DNA from: an uncultured Bacteroidota bacterium
GTDB taxonomy: Bacteria; Bacteroidota; Bacteroidia; Bacteroidales; SZUA-534
Assembly (NCBI GenBank): GCA_946186925.1
Contig: CAMHPA010000002.1
Location: 30,668-94,667, forward strand
Length of the DNA: 64,000 nt
Direction: 5' to 3'
Within the stretch, counting starts at the first letter, position 1. The number at the start of each line of letters is the position of its first letter. Position numbers and translations under genes: made by a program. Below the pieces are notes generated by a model that did no database searches, was not told where the DNA came from, and was given only the letters and a program-made list of their open reading frames with translations. Of the stretch, positions 8,684 through 15,307 are shown in pieces.

Positions 8684-8705
8684 TTATATCTAAAAACTCA
8701 TTTTT

Positions 8706-9593
8706 ATGAAAATTAAATATTCCAACGATAGATTCAATGAGTTATTGAGAAAAGACTATACTGATAATTATATTGGTCAGGGTAATCCGGATTCTAAAAT
8801 TCTCATAATTGGTAAAGAATGCACTAGTACAGATTATTTTTTCCTCAACAATGCTAAGATTTGGAAAGAAAAAACATCGGAAACAATAGATGATTGGTTC
8901 GAATCCAATTGGAATCCTGAAAGTTACCATCCACGCAAACCTTTTTTAGGACAAATTATGCTTAAGGATAATTTTACAAAAAAGCATCCAAAAACATTAG
9001 AAACAAGCAACCACGGAACATCTAATACATGGAAAGCATATCAAAAATTCATCAACTACTTATTGCCTGAAAATAAACAAGTTGCGCCACGTCAGCAACT
9101 AAATTTCTACGATTATTGTTTTATGACAGAATTAAGCAGTAATTGTATGCCCATAAGTCAAAAAAATGATGCCACAAAAGATTCAATAAAAAGAAGGTTA
9201 GGTGAGAATGGCATTTTGCAACATTCTTTCTACAAAAAATTCCCTGTGATAATCTTTACAATATATCATTACTTTGATTGGTATAAAGATATACCTATCA
9301 TTAATAGTTTTGATGACGAAAAATTAGGCATTCATTATAAATATGACGGAATGATTGTTCCGAAAGAATCTTATAACAAACTAAAAGAGGAAGATAAAAA
9401 CAAATGGAATGCTAGTATTTCACATCATAACTTGCATAAAGGCGAATTTATAAATGTCCATACAGCTATTGACAATGACGGTATGAAACATATTCTATTA
9501 CACACAAGTCATTTGACAAATCGTTTTAACTCGAAGTCGGATGATTTATTTATGGAAATGGCTGACATAATTAAACCTTATTTGAATCAGTAA
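8706..9593 (+). CDS. Hypothetical protein with uracil-DNA-glycosylase-superfamily-like motifs (divergent)
   Basis: 295-aa AT-rich ORF. GQGNPDSKILIIGKE closely resembles family-4 UDG motif A (GEGNPDAKLMIVGE.PG). C-terminal LLHTSHLTNR resembles motif B (HP.YLLR). The GE.PG pocket reads GKECT, and the family-4 Fe-S cysteines are absent. Confidence 0.45.
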   Translation: MKIKYSNDRFNELLRKDYTDNYIGQGNPDSKILIIGKECTSTDYFFLNNAKIWKEKTSETIDDWFESNWNPESYHPRKPFLGQIMLKDNFTKKHPKTLETSNHGTSNTWKAYQKFINYLLPENKQVAPRQQLNFYDYCFMTELSSNCMPISQKNDATKDSIKRRLGENGILQHSFYKKFPVIIFTIYHYFDWYKDIPIINSFDDEKLGIHYKYDGMIVPKESYNKLKEEDKNKWNASISHHNLHKGEFINVHTAIDNDGMKHILLHTSHLTNRFNSKSDDLFMEMADIIKPYLNQ

Positions 9594-9603
9594 TTCTTTT
9601 TCA

Positions 9604-9631
9604 AGCCACATCTAACAGGTGGCTTTTTTAT
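9604..9631 (+). terminator. Intrinsic terminator
   Basis: agccac-atctaacag-gtggct followed by tttttta, 10 nt after the stop at 9593. Confidence 0.6.
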
Positions 9632-9690
9632 TAACCATTTTGCCATTTTTTAACTTAGTTCTGCTCGGTTTCGTTATTAAATTTTCGTAT

Positions 9691-9702
9691 TATAGTTTTG
9701 TG
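9691..9702 (+). promoter_or_regulatory. -7 box inside the 12-mer TATAGTTTTGTG (second copy)
   Basis: TAGTTTTG at 9693..9700 ends 25 nt before the ATG at 9726. Confidence 0.45.
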
Positions 9703-9725
9703 GCGATATAAATAATAACATCGCC

Positions 9726-10718
9726 ATGGATAAACTTAATCAGAACATTGACAGCATTTTATCGCTTCCGGCAATTGATAGGGTCATCTGTCTTGCTGAT
9801 ACCGATATTGAGCCGAAACTTCTTCGTGCTATGGTGTGCGCATTGTCAAAGACAGAGAAACAAATGCTAGAAGACACACCTCACCCCCCTGTCATCGACC
9901 GCATATTGGGAAGTCTCAATTGGGAAGAATGGCAAAACCAGCAGCCGCACGACATTGAATCTCAACCTCAATATCGCCCTGTTGACGAGTTGCTGAAAGA
10001 TTTTCTGAATCCGAAGAGCAAGAAGAAACAAGCCGCACGCAAAGAACTTCAAAAGCGTCTGCCATATTTGGCTGCAACAGAGCAAAGGCGGACAATCTAT
10101 GCATTTCTCGATACTGAAGTCAAAACAGACCGCGTGTTTGTATTCAAATATCTGGATGAACATTATGACCCGTCGTACGATAAAGCCATTAAAACCGTAT
10201 GGCAACTATACCATGATTTCGAAGCGGCAAAATTGCTCACACATTATGCCTCGTCGGAGTTTATTGAGGAGCATTTTGAACAGTTGGCACATGACTACCA
10301 CTATTTTCCTGTCCGTATGCGCATGCCATCGAACTATCCGTTAGACCGTTCCCGGCTGGAAATGCACGAACTTATACACCTCTGCGTTCGCCAGCATCTT
10401 CCGCTTACAGAGCAGGAAGCTTTCGCTATTTTATCGAACACACTGCATCGTCAACTTATTAGAGATGATGCTTACATCTATGGTTCCCTATTCAACCTGA
10501 CTTACATCCGTGGCATCATCTGGGCTTTGGGGCACCTTGGGTTTCAAGAGATTATCACACGTTTTATTGTTGAGAATGAACGTACAAAGCCTCTGTTTGT
10601 AAGTGGCGATAGAGAAAAAATGAATACAACTATCAGAGATCAACTATGCAATGATGGTTTTAATTTTTTTCACGATATTCTCGGTACGAAAGAAGATTTA
10701 GAAATCAAAGATTTGTAA
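9726..10718 (+). CDS. Hypothetical protein (predicted all-helical, no recognised domain)
   Basis: 330-aa ORF with a clean start after a promoter box. It is rich in H/E/L/Y, with no TM segment or signal peptide. Confidence 0.65.
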   Translation: MDKLNQNIDSILSLPAIDRVICLADTDIEPKLLRAMVCALSKTEKQMLEDTPHPPVIDRILGSLNWEEWQNQQPHDIESQPQYRPVDELLKDFLNPKSKKKQAARKELQKRLPYLAATEQRRTIYAFLDTEVKTDRVFVFKYLDEHYDPSYDKAIKTVWQLYHDFEAAKLLTHYASSEFIEEHFEQLAHDYHYFPVRMRMPSNYPLDRSRLEMHELIHLCVRQHLPLTEQEAFAILSNTLHRQLIRDDAYIYGSLFNLTYIRGIIWALGHLGFQEIITRFIVENERTKPLFVSGDREKMNTTIRDQLCNDGFNFFHDILGTKEDLEIKDL

Positions 10719-10723
10719 TTTTG
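10716..10723 (+). promoter_or_regulatory. -7 box (TAATTTTG) of nifJ
   Basis: It ends 22 nt upstream of the ATG at 10746 and overlaps the stop of the preceding ORF. Confidence 0.4.
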
Positions 10724-10745
10724 CACCCCAAAATTGCAAAAAGAT

Positions 10746-13700
10746 ATGTCGAAGAATTTTGTAACAGTTGACGGCAACGAGGCTGCAGCGCACATTGCGT
10801 ACGAGTTCACAGAGATTGCCGCAATCTACCCCATCACACCGTCGTCACCTATGGCGGAGCACACCGACGCGTGGTCGGCAAAAGGACGCAAGAATATTTT
10901 CGGTCAACAAGTTACGCTGATTGAAATGCAGTCGGAGGCGGGTGCCATTGGTGCCGTCCACGGAGCGGCGCAGACGGGCTCGCTGGCCACAAGTTTCACA
11001 TCGAGCCAAGGCCTTATGCTTATGATTCCGGTGCTGCACCGCATTGCGGGCGAGCGTCTGCCGGTGGTTCTGCACGTGGCCGCACGCACGGTGGGAACGC
11101 ACGCAATGAGCATCTTCGGCGACCATTCCGACGTAATGGGCTGCCGCAACACCGGTTTCGCAATGCTCTGCACTGGCAGCGTTCAGGAGGTTATCGACCT
11201 TGCCGGAGTGGCTCACCTGGCCGCCGTCAAGGGGCAGACACCGTTTATGCACTTCTTCGACGGATTCCGCACGTCGCACGAGATTAACACCGTGGAAATG
11301 ATTGACACAAAGGCTCTTGCCGATATGCTCGACCGCGACGCCCTGCAAGCCTTCCGCTCGCACGCGCTCAATCCGGAGCATCCGCTTATGCGCGGAACGG
11401 TGCAGAACCCCGACGTCTTCTTCCAAGTGCGCGAGGCCTGCAACCCTTACTACAACGCGCTTCCGCAGATTGTTGAAGATTATTTCGAAAAGATAGGCGC
11501 TCTGACAGGCCGACACTATCACCTGTTCGACTACTACGGCGCAGCCGACGCCGACCGCGTCATTGTTGCAATGGGCAGCGTTTCGGGCGCAGTGAAAGAG
11601 GCCGTTGACAGCCTGAACGCCAAAGGCGAGAAGACCGGCTTTGTGCAGGTTCACCTTTACCGTCCGTTCAGCGCCGAGCATCTGCTCAAGGCACTGCCGC
11701 AGAGCGTCAGGAGCATTGCCGTGCTCGACCGCTGCAAAGAGCCCGGAAGCGCCGGCGAGCCGCTGTTTGAGGACGTCTGCTCGGTCATCCTGAACAGCGA
11801 CAGAAAAATCAAGGTTGTGGGCGGCCGCTACGGACTTTCGTCGAAAGACACCGACCCGGGACAGATTCTGGCCGTGTTCGCCAATCTGTCTGAAAATGAG
11901 CCGAAAAACGGCTTCACCATCGGCATCACCGACGACGTTACGCACCTGTCGCTGCCAACACTGCCGTTCGACAATCAGGGCGGCGACACCTTCAGTTGCA
12001 AGTTCTGGGGCCTTGGCGGCGACGGAACGGTGGGCGCCAACAAAAACACCGTCCACATTGTGAGCGAGTGCGCCGGACTCTACGGTCAGGCCTACTTTGA
12101 GTACGACGCCAAAAAGTCGTTCGGCGTGACCAAATCGCACCTGCGCTTCGGCAAAAACCCCATCGAGAGTTCGTACTACGTGAAAAGCGCCGATTTTGTG
12201 GCCTGCCACAATCAGAGTTACATTGGCAAATACGATATTGTGTCGGAAGTGAAGCCGGGTGGCACGTTCCTTCTGAACTGCACCAAAACCGACGCCGAAC
12301 TTGAAGCGTGGCTTCCGGCTGACGTGAAACGGACGCTGGCACTCAACAAGATACGCTTCTGCGTGATTGACGCCACCGACATTGCAATGAATATCGGTCT
12401 GGGCAGCCACACCAACACGGTGCTTCAGGCCGCCTTCTTCGCCTGCACGGGCATTATCAAGGCCGACGTGGCGCTTGAGGCTATGAAAGCCGCCGCCCGC
12501 AAGACCTATTTTGCTAAAGGCGAAGAGGTTGTGAACAAGAACGTGGCCGCCATCGACAAGGGTGCCGCCGGCGTTCGCGAGATTAAGGTTCCGGCTGCGT
12601 GGGCATCGGCTAAAGAAGTGGAAACCAACGCTGTTGACAACCGTCCGGCTGTGGTTCGCAATCTGCTCGAGCCCATCAACGCGCAAAAGGGCGACGACCT
12701 GCCTGTGAGCGCTTTCGCCGATAACATCGACGGCACTCTGGAAATGGGCCTGACCGCCTACGAGAAGCGCGGCATTGCCGTGAAGGTGCCCGTCTGGAAC
12801 ACCGACAAGTGCATTCAGTGCAACCGCTGCTCGCTCGTCTGCCCGCACGCCGTCATTCGTCCGTATCTTTTGAACGAGGCCGAAAAAGCCGCCGCGCCCG
12901 AAGGGTTCAAAACGGTTGTGGCCAACGGAAAGGCGAAGGCTATGGGGCTTCATTTCGCCCTGAGCATATCGGCGCTCGACTGCACAAGTTGCGGCAGTTG
13001 CGTGCAGAGTTGCCCGGCCAATGCGCTTGAAATGCAGCCGGCAGTGTTCAGCCAACAAGACCGCGACTGCTTCGATTACGGATTGACAATCAGTCAGAAA
13101 GGCGATATTTTTGAACCATACTCGATAAAGGGAAGCCAATTCCGTCAGCCGTTGCTCGAATTCTCGGCAGCCTGCGCGGGTTGCGGCGAGACGCCATACG
13201 CCAAACTGCTCACCCAACTGTTCGGCGACCGCGTGTTCTGGGCCAACGCCACAGGCTGCTCGCAGGCGTGGGGCTCGGCAATGCCTGGAATCCCTTACAC
13301 GGTGAACCACCGCGGCTTCGGCCCCGCCTGGACCAACAGTCTGTTCGAGAACAATGCCGAACTCTGTCTGGGAATGTATCTGTCTGTCAAACAGCGCCGT
13401 GCATTGCTTAAAGAGAAGATTGAGGCTATGGCCGCAAGCGCCAACGGCAGTCTGAAAGAGGCCTGCCAACAGTGGCTCGACACATTCAACGACATTGATA
13501 AATCGCGCGAAGCAACTGATACACTGATAGATAATCTGCAAAAGAACGCCGACACAAAAGCGGCCGACATTCTGGCTCAGAAAGACGTTCTGTCGAAGAA
13601 GACCTTCTGGATGTTCGGTGGCGACGGCTGGGCCTACGACATTGGCTTCGGCGGCCTTGACCACGTAATTGCCGGCGGCGAGAATATCAATGTATTTATT

Positions 13701-14225
13701 ATTGACACAGAGATTTACTCGAACACGGGCGGACAAAGTAGCAAGGCAACGCCGATGGGCGCTGTGGCAAAATTCGCCGCTTCGGGCAAGAAGAGCCGCA
13801 AAAAGGACCTTGGCGCCATAATGATGACCTACGGCAACGTGTATGTGGCACAGGTGGCAATGGGCGCCGACCCGAACCAACTGATTAAGGCCGTGAAAGA
13901 GGCCGAGGAGTACGACGGACCGTCGATTGTGATTGCCTACACGCCTTGCGCGTCGCACGGAATCTGCATTGGTATGCACCGCGTTCAGGAGGAGATGAAA
14001 CGTGCCGTTGAGAGCGGCTACTGGCTGCTCTACCGCTACGACCCGCGCCGCGAGCACCCGTTCCAACTCGACTCGAAGGCGCCGACAATGCCATACAAGG
14101 AGTTCCTGGCCGGCGAGGTGCGCTACAACTCGCTCACCCGCAGCTTCCCCGACAACGCCGACAAGCTCTTCGAGCAAGGCAGCCACGATGCCGAGGAGCG
14201 GTACAAGAGGTATTCGGAGATGTGA
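10746..14225 (+). CDS. nifJ: Pyruvate:ferredoxin (flavodoxin) oxidoreductase
   Basis: The track ORF starts at TTG 10734, but the ATG at 10746 (MSKNFVTVDGNEAAAHIAYEF...) fits the family N-terminus. It has two ferredoxin motifs (CIQCNRCSLVCPHAV and CTSCGSCVQSCPANA) and the TPP motif GGDGWAYDIGFGGLDHV, and is about 1160 aa. Confidence 0.95.
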   Translation: MSKNFVTVDGNEAAAHIAYEFTEIAAIYPITPSSPMAEHTDAWSAKGRKNIFGQQVTLIEMQSEAGAIGAVHGAAQTGSLATSFTSSQGLMLMIPVLHRIAGERLPVVLHVAARTVGTHAMSIFGDHSDVMGCRNTGFAMLCTGSVQEVIDLAGVAHLAAVKGQTPFMHFFDGFRTSHEINTVEMIDTKALADMLDRDALQAFRSHALNPEHPLMRGTVQNPDVFFQVREACNPYYNALPQIVEDYFEKIGALTGRHYHLFDYYGAADADRVIVAMGSVSGAVKEAVDSLNAKGEKTGFVQVHLYRPFSAEHLLKALPQSVRSIAVLDRCKEPGSAGEPLFEDVCSVILNSDRKIKVVGGRYGLSSKDTDPGQILAVFANLSENEPKNGFTIGITDDVTHLSLPTLPFDNQGGDTFSCKFWGLGGDGTVGANKNTVHIVSECAGLYGQAYFEYDAKKSFGVTKSHLRFGKNPIESSYYVKSADFVACHNQSYIGKYDIVSEVKPGGTFLLNCTKTDAELEAWLPADVKRTLALNKIRFCVIDATDIAMNIGLGSHTNTVLQAAFFACTGIIKADVALEAMKAAARKTYFAKGEEVVNKNVAAIDKGAAGVREIKVPAAWASAKEVETNAVDNRPAVVRNLLEPINAQKGDDLPVSAFADNIDGTLEMGLTAYEKRGIAVKVPVWNTDKCIQCNRCSLVCPHAVIRPYLLNEAEKAAAPEGFKTVVANGKAKAMGLHFALSISALDCTSCGSCVQSCPANALEMQPAVFSQQDRDCFDYGLTISQKGDIFEPYSIKGSQFRQPLLEFSAACAGCGETPYAKLLTQLFGDRVFWANATGCSQAWGSAMPGIPYTVNHRGFGPAWTNSLFENNAELCLGMYLSVKQRRALLKEKIEAMAASANGSLKEACQQWLDTFNDIDKSREATDTLIDNLQKNADTKAADILAQKDVLSKKTFWMFGGDGWAYDIGFGGLDHVIAGGENINVFIIDTEIYSNTGGQSSKATPMGAVAKFAASGKKSRKKDLGAIMMTYGNVYVAQVAMGADPNQLIKAVKEAEEYDGPSIVIAYTPCASHGICIGMHRVQEEMKRAVESGYWLLYRYDPRREHPFQLDSKAPTMPYKEFLAGEVRYNSLTRSFPDNADKLFEQGSHDAEERYKRYSEM

Positions 14226-14287
14226 TTGTGAGAGTTTAAAGTTCTAAGTTTTTGAAGTTTAAAGTTTAACGGTTTGAACAGGTTTAT
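14226..14287. repeat. Word-stutter tract (GTTTAAAGTT / CTAAGTTTTTG words)
   Basis: ttgtgagagtttaaagttctaagtttttgaagtttaaagtttaacggtttgaacaggtttat, directly after the nifJ stop. Confidence 0.7.
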
Positions 14288-14303
14288 CCCGATAGCTATC
14301 GGG
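14288..14303. repeat. Perfect 16-nt palindrome CCCGATAGCTATCGGG
   Basis: Read directly. An identical copy lies at 29175..29190, with variants at 6266 and 23487. Confidence 0.9.
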
Positions 14304-14364
14304 GGCTGCGTTGTTTAACGGATTAAAATTCACACTGAGAAAGGTTTAAAAACAAATGAAGTCA

Positions 14365-14398
14365 GTGGCTGCTACATTGTGGCGGCCATTGTTTTTTT
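14365..14398. terminator. Putative bidirectional intrinsic terminator between nifJ and the e(P4) gene
   Basis: gtggctgc / gcggccat stem (two G-U pairs) followed by tgttttttt on the plus strand. The A-rich run before it gives a U-tract on the minus strand. Confidence 0.5.
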
Positions 14399-14490
14399 AT
14401 CTATATAGAAAGAGAATTATCTGCCCAATCCGATTGATTCACCAGTTTAGCAAACACTCTGGAGTTAGGCATAAGGCAAAAAGCGGAGGT

Positions 14491-15297
14491 TTATTTCCTC
14501 AGCAAACCGAGCATCATGCGGTTCTTTTCAGCCATCGGCAGCTTGTAGCTGTGATTGTAGATGGCGTTTTCCCACTCGCCGTACATGGGGTTTGGCAGCA
14601 TGATGAACTTGCGGCCGAAATCGTTGTGCAGTGAGTCGGCGAGCCGCAGGGCAAGCGTGCTGTCGCGGCGGTCGAAGAGCGAAGTGTAGTCGCCCAGGTT
14701 GTCGCCGACGAAAAGAATTATCTCGTGAGTGGCCGAAACGGCATTGCGGCGCTCGTCTTTGCACGATGTCTTCTTGCTCAGGTCGTAGAGCAGGAGGTGA
14801 GCCGAGTCGACCGCCATTCCTGCGGCGGCAAGGTTGCGCAGAGTGCGGTCGCGCTCCTCAAGAATGCGGTTCGATATGAAAAAGACCTCTACGCCCAGCT
14901 CGCGTGCGTAGGCAATGAACTCAGCCGCTCCGGGCAGAGCCAGTGCCTCCTCACGTGCCGACCACGCCATCCAGGCGCTGTCGGAATAGTTATGGCGGTC
15001 GGCCATCAGCTTGGCTTCAAATGGGCTGTTGTCGAGCACCGTCTCGTCGATGTCGAGCACCACGGCGGCGGGTTTCGTGCCCTTGTAGTTCTGCAAGTTG
15101 TCCTTCAGCGCCAGCTTGGCCATATTGTACGACTGATAGTAGCAGGCGCGCATCTCGGCCGACTGCTGAAACCAAGCGGTGGCCAGCAGTAGATGTTTCA
15201 TATCGGGGTCGGTTGGTTCGGTTGCCTGTTTCTGACAGCACGATGCCATAATTGCAATTAAAGCAATGCTGCCGATAGCGCACTTTATCAGTTTCAT
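14491..15297 (-). CDS. 5'-nucleotidase / class C acid phosphatase, lipoprotein e(P4) family (HAD superfamily)
   Basis: 268 aa. Lipobox IAIMASCC, HAD motif I VVLDIDETVLDNSPF, and later FVGDNLGDY. Confidence 0.8.
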   Translation of the reverse strand: MKLIKCAIGSIALIAIMASCCQKQATEPTDPDMKHLLLATAWFQQSAEMRACYYQSYNMAKLALKDNLQNYKGTKPAAVVLDIDETVLDNSPFEAKLMADRHNYSDSAWMAWSAREEALALPGAAEFIAYARELGVEVFFISNRILEERDRTLRNLAAAGMAVDSAHLLLYDLSKKTSCKDERRNAVSATHEIILFVGDNLGDYTSLFDRRDSTLALRLADSLHNDFGRKFIMLPNPMYGEWENAIYNHSYKLPMAEKNRMMLGLLRK

Positions 15298-15307
15298 ATC
15301 TATATGT

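Noticed and set aside
10845-14186. A 1113-aa open reading frame antisense to nifJ
   Set aside because: It lies entirely antisense to a gene with unmistakable PFOR motifs. Its product is A/V/G/R/H-rich with no motif, signal or plausible start context. Long antisense ORFs are a known by-product of strong codon bias. The same reasoning applies to 16016..17950 (antisense to the TPR gene), 54664..56046, 3741..4397, 25550..26164, 28014..28970 and 50814..51518.
14288-14303. Interpreting the CCCGATAGCTATCGGG palindromes as ordinary rho-independent terminators
   Set aside because: None of the four copies is followed by a T-tract on either strand. At the nifJ locus a separate canonical hairpin plus T-run exists 60 nt further on. 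They are therefore reported as a repeat family of unknown role.
14356-14634. A 92-aa plus-strand ORF downstream of nifJ
   Set aside because: It starts inside the terminator hairpin and runs antisense into the e(P4) phosphatase gene. It has no supporting features.
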